Below, one piece after another: positions 39,701-54,700 of a stretch of 64,000 nucleotides of DNA. Source of the stretch: Auanema rhodensis. Taxonomy: Eukaryota > Animalia > Nematoda. Location: assembly GCA_964057225.1 (NCBI GenBank), contig OZ059899.1, forward strand, positions 21,204,001 to 21,268,000, written 5' to 3'. Made by a program: the position numbers and the translations under genes. Position 1 is the first letter of the stretch; every line of letters starts with the position of its first letter. The notes beneath the pieces were generated by a model. It ran no database searches. It saw only the letters and a program-made list of their open reading frames with translations, and was not told the DNA's origin.

Positions 39701-42700
39701 ACTCAACATACACTAAGGCATCATTTTTCAAACGATCATAACTAATTTTTGTATTAAGCGTTTCTCAATGTAGTATAGTACATTCGATGCGGATTTTCAA
39801 GCTGCGTCGATCTGTGTTATCAGTATTGCGCTAGCTTAAAAATGCACCGAGATATCAACTGATATAAGTTCACACTTATATCCTCGATTTTCACCCTGAA
39901 GAATTAATTTTTTCGTTGAATAACATTGTTCATCGTCTTTGCCTTGAAAAAAGGAATCTAAAAACATCTACTTTTTGCTAAATTATTTTGAAATTTTTCG
40001 AAAAAATTTTTGTCAAAATGTTTTTGGAAGCAATGTTGAGTGTACATGGAAACTCAACGTACACTAATGCATCATTTTTCAAACGATCATAACTAATTTT
40101 TGTATTAAGCGTTTCTCAATGTAGTATAGTACATTCGATGCGGATTTTCAAGCTGCGTCGATCTGTGTTATCAGTATTGCGCTAGCTTAAAAATGCACCG
40201 AGATATCAACTGATATAAGTTCACACTTATATCCTCGATTTTCACCCTGAAGAATTAATTTTTTCGTTGAATAACATTGTCCATCGTCTTTGCCTTGAAA
40301 AAAGAAATCTAAAAACATCTACTTTTTGCTAAATTATTTTGAAATTTTTCGAAAAAATTTTTGTCAAAATGTTTTTGGAAGCAATGTTGAGTGTACATGG
40401 AAACTCAACATACACTAAGGCATCATTTTTCAAACGATCATAACTAATTTTTGTATTAAGCGTTTCTCAATGTAGTATAGTACATTCGATGCGGATTTTC
40501 AAGCTGCGTCGATCTGTGTTATCAGTATTGCGCTAGCTTAAAAATGCACCGAGATATCAACTGATATAAGTTCACACTTATATCCTCGATTTTCACCCTG
40601 AAGAATTAATTTTTTCGTTGAATAACATTGTTCATCGTCTTTGCCTTGAAAAAAGGAATCTAAAAACATCTACTTTTTGCTAAATTATTTTGAAATTTTT
40701 CGAAAAAATTTTTGTCAAAATGTTTTTGGAAGCAATGTTGAGTGTACATGGAAACTCAACGTACACTAATGCATCATTTTTCAAACGATCATAACTAATT
40801 TTTGTATTAAGCGTTTCTCAATGTAGTATAGTGCATTCGATGCGGATTTTTAAGCTGCGTCGATCTGTGTTATCAGATTTGCGCTAGCTTAAAAATGCAC
40901 CGAGATATCAACTGATATAAGTTCACACTTATATCCTCGATTTTCACCCTGAAGAATTAATTTTTTCGTTGAATAACATTGTCCATCGTCTTTGCCTTGA
41001 AAAAAGGAATCTAAAAACATCTACTTTTTGCTAAATTATTCTGAAATTTTTTGAAAAAATTTTTGTCAAAATGTTTTTGGAAGCAATGTTGAGTGTACAT
41101 GAAAACTCAACATACACTAATGCATCATTTTTCAAACGATCATAACTAATTTTTGTATTAAGCGTTTCTCAATGTAGTATAGTGCATTCGATGCGGATTT
41201 TTAAGCTGCGTCGATCTGTGTTATCATATTTGCGCTAGCTTAAAAATGCACCGAGATATCAACTGATATAAGTTCACACTTATATCCTCAATTTTCACCC
41301 TGAAGAATTAATTTTTTCGTTGAATAACATTGTCCATCGTCTTTGCCTTGAAAAAAGGAATCTAAAAACATCTACTTTTTGCTAAATTATTTTGAAATTT
41401 TTCGAAAAAATTTTTGTCAAAATGTTTTTGGAAGCAATGTTGAGTGTACATGGAAACTCAACGTACACTAATGCATCATTTTTCAAACGATCATAACTAA
41501 TTTTTGTATTAAGCGTTTCTCAATGTAGTATAGTGCATTCGATGCGGATTTTTAAGCTGCGTCGATCTGTGTTATCAGATTTGCGCTAGCTTAAAAATGC
41601 ACCGAGATATCAACTGATATAAGTTCACACTTATATCCTCGATTTTCACCCTGAAGAATTAATTTTTTCGTTGAATAACATTGTCCATCGTCTTTGCCTT
41701 GAAAAAAGGAATCTAAAAACATCTACTTTTTGCTAAATTATTTTGAAATTTTTCGAAAAAATTTTTGTCAAAATGTTTTTGGAAGCAATGTTGAGTGTAC
41801 ATGGAAACGCAACATACACTAAGGCATCATTTTTCAAACGATCATAACTAATTTTTGTATTAAGCGTTTCTCAATGTAGTATAGTGCATTCGATGCGGAT
41901 TTTTAAGCTGCGTCGATCTGTGTTATCATATTTGCGCTAGCTTAAAAATGCACCGAGATATCAACTGATATAAGTTCGCACTTATATCCTCAATTTTCAC
42001 CCTGAAGAATTAATTTTTTCGTTGAATAACATTGTCCATCGTCTTTGCCTTGAAAAAAGGAATCTAAAAACATCTACTTTCTGCTAAATTATTTTGAAAT
42101 TTTTCGAAAAAATTTTTGTCAAAATGTTTTTGGAAGCAATGTTGAGTGTACATGGAAACTCAACATACACTAAGGCATCATTTTTCAAACGATCATAACT
42201 AATTTTTGTATTAAGCGTTTCTCAATGTAGTATAGTACATTCGATGCGGATTTTCAAGCTGCGTCGATCTGTGTTATCAGTATTGCGCTAGCTTAAAAAT
42301 GCACCGAGATATCAACTGATATAAGTTCACACTTATATCCTCGATTTTCACCCTGAAGAATTAATTTTTTCGTTGAATAACATTGTTCATCGTCTTTGCC
42401 TTGAAAAAAGGAATCTAAAAACATCTACTTTTTGCTAAATTATTTTGAAATTTTTCGAAAAAATTTTTGTCAAAATGTTTTTGGAAGCAATGTTGAGTGT
42501 ACATGGAAACGCAACATACACTAAGGCATCATTTTTCAAACGATCATAACTAATTTTTGTATTAAGCGTTTCTCAATGTAGTATAGTGCATTCGATGCGG
42601 ATTTTTAAGCTGCGTCGATCTGTGTTATCATATTTGCGCTAGCTTAAAAATGCACCGAGATATCAACTGATATAAGTTCACACTTATATCCTCAATTTTC

Positions 42701-45700
42701 ACCCTGAAGAATTAATTTTTTCGTTGAATAACATTGTCCATCGTCTTTGCCTTGAAAAAAGGAATTTAAAAACATCTACTTTCTGCTAAATTATTTTGAA
42801 ATTTTTCGAAAAAATTTTTGTCAAAATGTTTTTGGAAGCAATGTTGAGTGTACATGGAAACTCAACATACACTAAGGCATCATTTTTCAAACGATCATAA
42901 CTAATTTTTGTATTAAGCGTTTCTCGATGTAGTATAGTACATTCGATGCGGATTTTCAAGCTGCGTCGATCTGTGTTATCAGTATTGCGCTAGCTTAAAA
43001 ATGCACCGAGATATCAACTGATATAAGTTCACACTTATATCCTCGATTTTCACCCTGAAGAATTAATTTTTTCGTTGAATAACATTGTTCATCGTCTTTG
43101 CCTTGAAAAAAGGAATCTAAAAACATCTACTTTTTGCTAAATTATTTTGAAATTTTTCGAAAAAATTTTTGTCAAAATGTTTTTGGAAGCAATGTTGAGT
43201 GTACATGGAAACTCAACATACACTAATGCATCATTTTTCAAACGATCATAACTAATTTTTGTATTAAGCGTTTCTCAATGTAGTATAGTGCATTCGATGC
43301 GGATTTTTAAGCTGCGTCGATCTGTGTTATCAGATTTGCGCTAGCTTAAAAATGCACCGAGATATCAACTGATATAAGTTCACACTTATATCCTCGATTT
43401 TCACCCTGAAGAATTAATTTTTTCGTTGAATAACATTGTCCATCGTCTTTGCCTTGAAAAAAGGAATCTAAAAACATCTACTTTTTGCTAAATTATTTTG
43501 AAATTTTTTGAAAAAATTTTTGTCAAAATGTTTTTGGAAGCAATGTTGAGTGTACATGGAAACTCAACATACACTAATGCATCATTTTTCAAACGATCAT
43601 AACTAATTTTTGTATTAAGCGTTTCTCAATGTAGTATAGTGCATTCGATGCGGATTTTTAAGCTGCGTCGATCTGTGTTATCATATTTGCGCTAGCTTAA
43701 AAATGCACCGAGATATCAACTGATATAAGTTCACACTTATATCCTCAATTTTCACCCTGAAGAATTAATTTTTTCGTTGAATAACATTGTCCATCGTCTT
43801 TGCCTTGAAAAAAGGAATCTAAAAACATCTACTTTTTGCTAAATTATTTTGAAATTTTTCGAAAAAATTTTTGTCAAAATGTTTTTGGAAGCAATGTTGA
43901 GTGTACATGGAAACTCAACGTACACTAATGCATCATTTTTCAAACGATCATAACTAATTTTTGTATTAAGCGTTTCTCAATGTAGTATAGTGCATTCGAT
44001 GCGGATTTTTAAGCTGCGTCGATCTGTGTTATCATATTTGCGCTAGCTTAAAAATGCACCGAGATATCAACTGATATAAGTTCACACTTATATCCTCAAT
44101 TTTCACCCTGAAGAATTAATTTTTTCGTTGAATAACATTGTCCATCGTCTTTGCCTTGAAAAAAGGAATCTAAAAACATCTACTTTTTGCTAAATTATTT
44201 TGAAATTTTTTGAAAAAATTTTTGTCAAAATGTTTTTGGAAGCAATGTTGAGTGTACATGGAAACTCAACATACACTAATGCATCATTTTTCAAACGATC
44301 ATAACTAATTTTTGTATTAAGCGTTTCTCAATGTAGTATAGTGCATTCGATGCGGATTTTTAAGCTGCGTCGATCTGTGTTATCATATTTGCGCTAGCTT
44401 AAAAATGCAACGAGATATCAACTGATATAAGTTCACACTTATATCCTCAATTTTCACCCTGAAGAATTAATTTTTTCGTTGAATAACATTGTCCATCGTC
44501 TTTGCCTTGAAAAAAGGAATCTAAAAACATCTACTTTTTGCTAAATTATTTTGAAATTTTTCGAAAAAATTTTTGTCAAAATGTTTTTGGAAGCAATGTT
44601 GAGTGTACATGGAAACTCAACGTACACTAATGCATCATTTTTCAAACGATCATAACTAATTTTTGTATTAAGCGTTTCTCAATGTAGTATAGTGCATTCG
44701 ATGCGGATTTTTAAGCTGCGTCGATCTGTGTTATCATATTTGCGCTAGCTTAAAAATGCACCGAGATATCAACTGATATAAGTTCACACTTATATCCTCA
44801 ATTTTCACCCTGAAGAATTAATTTTTTCGTTGAATAACATTGTTCATCGTCTTTGCCTTGAAAAAAGGAATCTAAAAACATCTACTTTTTGCTAACTTAT
44901 TTTGAAATTTTTCGAAAAAATTTTTGTCAAAATGTTTTTGGAAGCAATGTTGAGTGTACATGGAAACGCAACATACACTAATGCATCATTTTTCAAACGA
45001 TCATAACTAATTTTTGTATTAAGCGTTTCTCAATGTAGTATAGTGCATTCGATGCGGATTTTTAAGCTGCGTCGATCTGTGTTATCAGATTTGCGCTAGC
45101 TTAAAAATGCACCGAGATATCAACTGATATAAGTTCACACTTATATCCTCGATTTTCACCCTGAAGAATTAATTTTTTCGTTGAATAACATTGTCCATCG
45201 TCTTTGCCTTGAAAAAAGGAATCTAAAAACATCTACTTTTCGCTAAATTATTTTGAAATTTTTTGAAAAAATTTTTGTCAAAATGTTTTTGGAAGCAATG
45301 TTGAGTGTACATGGAAACTCAACATACACTAATGCATCATTTTTCAAACGATCATAACTAATTTTTGTATTAAGCGTTTTCCAATGTAGTATAGTGCATT
45401 CGATGCGGATTTTTAAGCTGCGTCGATCTGTGTTATCATATTTGCGCTAGCTTAAAAATGCACCGAGATATCAACTGATATAAGTTCACACTTATATCCT
45501 CGATTTTCACCCTGAAGAATTAATTTTTTCGTTGAATAACATTGTCCATCGTCTTTGCCTTGAAAAAAGGAATCTAAAAACATCTACTTTTTGCTAACTT
45601 ATTTTGAAATTTTTCGAAAAAATTTTTGTCAAAATGTTTTTGGAAGCAATGTTGAGTGTACATGGAAACGCAACATACACTAAGGCATCATTTTTCAAAC

Positions 45701-48700
45701 GATCATAACTAATTTTTGTATTAAGCGTTTCTCAATGTAGTATAGTGCATTCGATGCGGATTTTTAAGCTGCGTCGATCTGTGTTATCATATTTGCGCTA
45801 GCTTAAAAATGCACCGAGATATCAACTGATATAAGTTCACACTTATATCCTCAATTTTCACCCTGAAGAATTAATTTTTTCGTTGAATAACATTGTCCAT
45901 CGTCTTTGCCTTGAAAAAAGGAATCTAAAAACATCTACTTTTCGCTAAATTATTTTGAAATTTTTCGAAAAAATTTTTGTCAAAATGTTTTTGGAAGCAA
46001 TGTTGAGTGTACATGGAAACTCAACATACACTAAGGCATCATTTTTCAAACGATCATAACTAATTTTTGTATTAAGCGTTTCTTAATGTAGTATAGTACA
46101 TTCGATGCGGATTTTCAAGCTGCGTCGATCTGTGTTATCAGTATTGCGCTAGCTTAAAAATGCACCGAGATATCAACTGATATAAGTTCACACTTATATC
46201 CTCGATTTTCACCCTGAAGAATTAATTTTTTCGTTGAATAACATTGTTCATCGTCTTTGCCTTGAAAAAAGGAATCTAAAAACATCTACTTTTTGCTAAA
46301 TTATTTTGAAATTTTTCGAAAAAATTTTTGTCAAAATGTTTTTGGAAGCAATGTTGAGTGTACATGGAAACTCAACATACACTAATGCATCATTTTTCAA
46401 ACGATCATAACTAATTTTTGTATTAAGCGTTTCTCAATGTAGTATAGTGCATTCGATGCGGATTTTTAAGCTGCGTCGATCTGTGTTATCAGATTTGCGC
46501 TAGCTTAAAAATGCACCGAGATATCAACTGATATAAGTTCACACTTATATCCTCGATTTTCACCCTGAAGAATTAATTTTTTCGTTGAATAACATTGTCC
46601 ATCGTCTTTGCCTTGAAAAAAGGAATCTAAAAACATCTACTTTTCGCTAAATTATTTTGAAATTTTTTGAAAAAATTTTTGTCAAAATGTTTTTGGAAGC
46701 AATGTTGAGTGTACATGGAAACTCAACATACACTAATGCATCATTTTTCAAACGATCATAACTAATTTTTGTATTAAGCGTTTCTCAATGTAGTATAGTG
46801 CATTCGATGCGGATTTTTAAGCTGCGTCGATCTGTGTTATCATATTTGCGCTAGCTTAAAAATGCACCGAGATATCAACTGATATAAGTTCACACTTATA
46901 TCCTCAATTTTCACCCTGAAGAATTAATTTTTTCGTTGAATAACATTGTCCATCGTCTTTGCCTTGAAAAAAGGAATCTAAAAACATCTACTTTTTGCTA
47001 AATTATTTTGAAATGTTTTGAAAAAATTTTTGTCAAAATGTTTTTGGAAGCAATGTTGAGTGTACATGGAAACTCAACATACACTAATGCATCATTTTTC
47101 AAACGATCATAACTAATTTTTGTATTAAGCGTTTCTCAATGTAGTATAGTGCATTCGATGCGGATTTTTAAGCTGCGTCGATCTGTGTTATCAGATTTGC
47201 GCTAGCTTAAAAATGCACCGAGATATCAACTGATATAAGTTCACACTTATATCCTCAATTTTCACCCTGAAGAATTAATTTTTTCGTTGAATAACATTGT
47301 CCATCGTCTTTGCCTTGAAAAAAGGAATCTAAAAACATCTACTTTTTGCTAAATTATTTTGAAATTTTTCGAAAAAATTTTTGTCAAAATGTTTTTGGAA
47401 GCAATGTTGAGTGTACATGGAAACGCAACATACACTAAGGCATCATTTTTCAAACGATCATAACTAATTTTTGTATTAAGCGTTTCTCAATGTAGTATAG
47501 TGCATTCGATGCGGATTTTTAAGCTGCGTCGATCTGTGTTATCATATTTGCGCTAGCTTAAAAATGCACCGAGATATCAACTGATATAAGTTCACACTTA
47601 TATCCTCAATTTTCACCCTGAAGAATTAATTTTTTCGTTGAATAACATTGTCCATCGTCTTTGCCTTGAAAAAAGGAATCTAAAAACATCTACTTTTTGC
47701 TAAATTATTTTGAAATGTTTTGAAAAAATTTTTGTCAAAATGTTTTTGGAAGCAATGTTGAGTGTACATGGAAACTCAACATACACTAATGCATCATTTT
47801 TCAAACGATCATAACTAATTTTTGTATTAAGCGTTTCTCAATGTAGTATAGTGCATTCGATGCGGATTTTTAAGCTGCGTCGATCTGTGTTATCAGATTT
47901 GCGCTAGCTTAAAAATGCACCGAGATATCAACTGATATAAGTTCACACTTATATCCTCAATTTTCACCCTGAAGAATTAATTTTTTCGTTGAATAACATT
48001 GTCCATCGTCTTTGCCTTGAAAAAAGGAATCTAAAAACATCTACTTTTTGCTAAATTATTTTGAAATTTTTCGAAAAAATTTTTGTCAAAATGTTTTTGG
48101 AAGCAATGTTGAGTGTACATGGAAACTCAACGTACACTAATGCATCATTTTTCAAACGATCATAACTAATTTTTGTATTAAGCGTTTCTCAATGTAGTAT
48201 AGTGCATTCGATGCGGATTTTTAAGCTGCGTCGATCTGTGTTATCAGATTTGCGCTAGCTTAAAAATGCACCGAGATATCAACTGATATAAGTTCACACT
48301 TATATCCTCGATTTTCACCCTGAAGAATTAATTTTTTCGTTGAATAACATTGTATATCGTCTTTGCCTTGAAAAAAGGAATCTAAAAACATCTACTTTTT
48401 GCTAAATTATTTTGAAATTTTTCGAAAAAATTTTTGTCAAAATGTTTTTGGAAGCAATGTTGAGTGTACATGGAAACGCAACATACACTAAGGCATCATT
48501 TTTCAAACGATCATAACTAATTTTTGTATTAAGCGTTTCTCAATGTAGTATAGTGCATTCGATGCGGATTTTTAAGCTGCGTCGATCTGTGTTATCAGAT
48601 TTGCGCTAGCTTAAAAATGCACCGAGATATCAACTGATATAAGTTCACACTTATATCCTCGATTTTCACCCTGAAGAATTAATTTTTTCGTTGAATAACA

Positions 48701-51700
48701 TTGTCCATCGTCTTTGCCTTGAAAAAAGGAATCTAAAAACATCTACTTTTTGCTAAATTATTTTGAAATTTTTTGAAAAAATTTTTGTCAAAATGTTTTT
48801 GGAAGCAATGTTGAGTGTACATGGAAACTCAACATACACTAATGCATCATTTTTCAAACGATCATAACTAATTTTTGTATTAAGCGTTTCTCAATGTAGT
48901 ATAGTGCATTCGATGCGGATTTTTAAGCTGCGTCGATCTGTGTTATCATATTTGCGCTAGCTTAAAAATGCACCGAGATATCAACTGATATATGTTCACA
49001 CTTATATCCTCAATTTTCACCCTGAAGAATTAATTTTTTCGTTGAATAACATTGTCCATCGTCTTTGCCTTGAAAAAAGGAATCTAAAAACATCTACTTT
49101 TTGCTAAATTATTTTGAAATTTTTCGAAAAAATTTTTGTCAAAATGTTTTTGGAAGCAATGTTGAGTGTACATGGAAACTCAACGTACACTAATGCATCA
49201 TTTTTCAAACGATCATAACTAATTTTTGTATTAAGCGTTTCTCAATGTAGTATAGTGCATTCGATGCGGATTTTTAAGCTGCGTCGATCTGTGTTATCAG
49301 ATTTGCGCTAGCTTAAAAATGCACCGAGATATCAACTGATATAAGTTCACACTTATATCCTCGATTTTCACCCTGAAGAATTAATTTTTTCGTTGAATAA
49401 CATTGTCCATCGTCTTTGCCTTGAAAAAAGGAATCTAAAAACATCTACTTTTTGCTAAATTATTTTGAAATGTTTTGAAAAAATTTTTGTCAAAATGTTT
49501 TTGGAAGCAATGTTGAGTGTACATGGAAACTCAACATACACTAATGCATCATTTTTCAAACGATCATAACTAATTTTTGTATTAAGCGTTTCTCAATGTA
49601 GTATAGTGCATTCGATGCGGATTTTTAAGCTGCGTCGATCTGTGTTATCAGATTTGCGCTAGCTTAAAAATGCACCGAGATATCAACTGATATAAGTTCA
49701 CACTTATATCCTCAATTTTCACCCTGAAGAATTAATTTTTTCGTTGAATAACATTGTCCATCGTCTTTGCCTTGAAAAAAGGAATCTAAAAACATCTACT
49801 TTTTGCTAAATTATTTTGAAATTTTTCGAAAAAATTTTTGTCAAAATGTTTTTGGAAGCAATGTTGAGTGTACATGGAAACTCAACGTACACTAATGCAT
49901 CATTTTTCAAACGATCATAACTAATTTTTGTATTAAGCGTTTCTCAATGTAGTATAGTGCATTCGATGCGGATTTTTAAGCTGCGTCGATCTGTGTTATC
50001 AGATTTGCGCTAGCTTAAAAATGCACCGAGATATCAACTGATATAAGTTCACACTTATATCCTCGATTTTCACCCTGAAGAATTAATTTTTTCGTTGAAT
50101 AACATTGTCCATCGTCTTTGCCTTGAAAAAAGGAATCTAAAAACATCTACTTTTTGCTAAATTATTTTGAAATTTTTTGAAAAAATTTTTGTCAAAATGT
50201 TTTTGGAAGCAATGTTGAGTGTACATGGAAACTCAACATACACTAATGCATCATTTTTCAAACGATCATAACTAATTTTTGTATTAAGCGTTTCTCAATG
50301 TAGTATAGTGCATTCGATGCGGATTTTTAAGCTGCGTCGATCTGTGTTATCATATTTGCGCTAGCTTAAAAATGCACCGAGATATCAACTGATATATGTT
50401 CACACTTATATCCTCAATTTTCACCCTGAAGAATTAATTTTTTCGTTGAATAACATTGTCCATCGTCTTTGCCTTGAAAAAAGGAATCTAAAAACATCTA
50501 CTTTTTGCTAAATTATTTTGAAATTTTTCGAAAAAATTTTTGTCAAAATGTTTTTGGAAGCAATGTTGAGTGTACATGGAAACTCAACGTACACTAATGC
50601 ATCATTTTTCAAACGATCATAACTAATTTTTGTATTAAGCGTTTCTCAATGTAGTATAGTGCATTCGATGCGGATTTTTAAGCTGCGTCGATCTGTGTTA
50701 TCAGATTTGCGCTAGCTTAAAAATGCACCGAGATATCAACTGATATAAGTTCACACTTATATCCTCGATTTTCACCCTGAAGAATTAATTTTTTCGTTGA
50801 ATAACATTGTCCATCGTCTTTGCCTTGAAAAAAGGAATCTAAAAACATCTACTTTTTGCTAAATTATTTTGAAATGTTTTGAAAAAATTTTTGTCAAAAT
50901 GTTTTTGGAAGCAATGTTGAGTGTACATGGAAACTCAACATACACTAATGCATCATTTTTCAAACGATCATAACTAATTTTTGTATTAAGCGTTTCTCAA
51001 TGTAGTATAGTGCATTCGATGCGGATTTTTAAGCTGCGTCGATCTGTGTTATCAGATTTGCGCTAGCTTAAAAATGCACCGAGATATCAACTGATATAAG
51101 TTCACACTTATATCCTCGATTTTCACCCTGAAGAATTAATTTTTTCGTTGAATAACATTGTCCATCGTCTTTGCCTTGAAAAAAGGAATCTAAAAACATC
51201 TACTTTTTGCTAAATTATTCTGAAATTTTTTGAAAAAATTTTTGTCAAAATGTTTTTGGAAGCAATGTTGAGTGTACATGAAAACTCAACATACACTAAT
51301 GCATCATTTTTCAAACGATCATAACTAATTTTTGTATTAAGCGTTTCTCAATGTAGTATAGTGCATTCGATGCGGATTTTTAAGCTGCGTCGATCTGTGT
51401 TATCATATTTGCGCTAGCTTAAAAATGCACCGAGATATCAACTGATATATGTTCACACTTATATCCTCAATTTTCACCCTGAAGAATTAATTTTTTCGTT
51501 GAATAACATTGTCCATCGTCTTTGCCTTGAAAAAAGGAATCTAAAAACATCTACTTTTTGCTAAATTATTTTGAAATTTTTCGAAAAAATTTTTGTCAAA
51601 ATGTTTTTGGAAGCAATGTTGAGTGTACATGGAAACTCAACGTACACTAATGCATCATTTTTCAAACGATCATAACTAATTTTTGTATTAAGCGTTTCTC

Positions 51701-54700
51701 AATGTAGTATAGTGCATTCGATGCGGATTTTTAAGCTGCGTCGATCTGTGTTATCAGATTTGCGCTAGCTTAAAAATGCACCGAGATATCAACTGATATA
51801 AGTTCACACTTATATCCTCGATTTTCACCCTGAAGAATTAATTTTTTCGTTGAATAACATTGTCCATCGTCTTTGCCTTGAAAAAAGGAATCTAAAAACA
51901 TCTACTTTTTGCTAAATTATTTTGAAATGTTTTGAAAAAATTTTTGTCAAAATGTTTTTGGAAGCAATGTTGAGTGTACATGGAAACTCAACATACACTA
52001 ATGCATCATTTTTCAAACGATCATAACTAATTTTTGTATTAAGCGTTTCTCAATGTAGTATAGTGCATTCGATGCGGATTTTTAAGCTGCGTCGATCTGT
52101 GTTATCAGATTTGCGCTAGCTTAAAAATGCACCGAGATATCAACTGATATAAGTTCACACTTATATCCTCGATTTTCACCCTGAAGAATTAATTTTTTCG
52201 TTGAATAACATTGTCCATCGTCTTTGCCTTGAAAAAAGGAATCTAAAAACATCTACTTTTTGCTAAATTATTCTGAAATTTTTTGAAAAAATTTTTGTCA
52301 AAATGTTTTTGGAAGCAATGTTGAGTGTACATGAAAACTCAACATACACTAATGCATCATTTTTCAAACGATCATAACTAATTTTTGTATTAAGCGTTTC
52401 TCAATGTAGTATAGTGCATTCGATGCGGATTTTTAAGCTGCGTCGATCTGTGTTATCATATTTGCGCTAGCTTAAAAATGCACCGAGATATCAACTGATA
52501 TAAGTTCACACTTATATCCTCAATTTTCACCCTGAAGAATTAATTTTTTCGTTGAATAACATTGTCCATCGTCTTTGCCTTGAAAAAAGGAATCTAAAAA
52601 CATCTACTTTTTGCTAAATTATTTTGAAATTTTTCGAAAAAATTTTTGTCAAAATGTTTTTGGAAGCAATGTTGAGTGTACATGGAAACTCAACATACAC
52701 TAAGGCATCATTTTTCAAACGATCATAACTAATTTTTGTATTAAGCGTTTCTCAATGTAGTATAGTACATTCGATGCGGATTTTCAAGCTGCGTCGATCT
52801 GTGTTATCAGATTTGCGCTAGCTTAAAAATGCACCGAGATATCAACTGATATAAGTTCACACTTATATCCTCGATTTTCACCCTGAAGAATTAATTTTTT
52901 CGTTGAATAACATTGTCCATCGTCTTTGCCTTGAAAAAAGGAATCTAAAAACATCTACTTTTTGCTAAATTATTTTGAAATTTTTCGAAAAAATGTTTGT
53001 CAAAATGTTTTTGGAAGCAATGTTGAGTGTACATGGAAACGCAACATACACTAATGCATCATTTTTCAAACGATCATAACTAATTTTTGTATTAAGCGTT
53101 TCTTAATGTAGTATAGTGCATTCGATGCGGATTTTTAAGCTGCGTCGATCTGTGTTATCAGATTTGCGCTAGCTTAAAAATGCACCGAGATATCAACTGA
53201 TATAAGTTCACACTTATATCCTCGATTTTCACCCTGAAGAATTAATTTTTTCGTTGAATAACATTGTCCATCGTCTTTGCCTTGAAAAAAGGAATCTAAA
53301 AACATCTACTTTTCGCTAAATTATTTTGAAATTTTTTGAAAAAATTTTTGTCAAAATGTTTTTGGAAGCAATGTTGAGTGTACATGGAAACTCAACATAC
53401 ACTAATGCATCATTTTTCAAACGATCATAACTAATTTTTGTATTAAGCGTTTCTCAATGTAGTATAGTGCATTCGATGCGGATTTTTAAGCTGCGTCGAT
53501 CTGTGTTATCATATTTGCGCTAGCTTAAAAATGCACCGAGATATCAACTGATATAAGTTCACACTTATATCCTCGATTTTCACCCTGAAGAATTAATTTT
53601 TTCGTTGAATAACATTGTCCATCGTCTTTGCCTTGAAAAAAGGAATCTAAAAACATCTACTTTTTGCTAAATTATTTTGAAATGTTTTGAAAAAATTTTT
53701 GTCAAAATGTTTTTGGAAGCAATGTTGAGTGTACATGGAAACTCAACATACACTAAGGCATCATTTTTCAAACGATCATAACTAATTTTTGTATTAAGCG
53801 TTTCTCAATGTAGTATAGTACATTCGATGCGGATTTTCAAGCTGCGTCGATCTGTGTTATCAGATTTGCGCTAGCTTAAAAATGCACCGAGATATCAACT
53901 GATATAAGTTCACACTTATATCCTCGATTTTCACCCTGAAGAATTAATTTTTTCGTTGAATAACATTGTCCATCGTCTTTGCCTTGAAAAAAGGAATCTA
54001 AAAACATCTACTTTTTGCTAAATTATTTTGAAATTTTTTGAAAAAATGTTTGTCAAAATGTTTTTGGAAGCAATGTTGAGTGTACATGGAAACGCAACAT
54101 ACACTAATGCATCATTTTTCAAACGATCATAACTAATTTTTGTATTAAGCGTTTCTTAATGTAGTATAGTGCATTCGATGCGGATTTTTAAGCTGCGTCG
54201 ATCTGTGTTATCAGATTTGCGCTAGCTTAAAAATGCACCGAGATATCAACTGATATAAGTTCACACTTATATCCTCGATTTTCACCCTGAAGAATTAATT
54301 TTTTCGTTGAATAACATTGTCCATCGTCTTTGCCTTGAAAAAAGGAATCTAAAAACATCTACTTTTCGCTAAATTATTTTGAAATTTTTTGAAAAAATTT
54401 TTGTCAAAATGTTTTTGGAAGCAATGTTGAGTGTACATGGAAACTCAACATACACTAATGCATCATTTTTCAAACGATCATAACTAATTTTTGTATTAAG
54501 CGTTTCTCAATGTAGTATAGTGCATTCGATGCGGATTTTTAAGCTGCGTCGATCTGTGTTATCATATTTGCGCTAGCTTAAAAATGCACCGAGATATCAA
54601 CTGATATAAGTTCACACTTATATCCTCGATTTTCACCCTGAAGAATTAATTTTTTCGTTGAATAACATTGTCCATCGTCTTTGCCTTGAAAAAAGGAATC

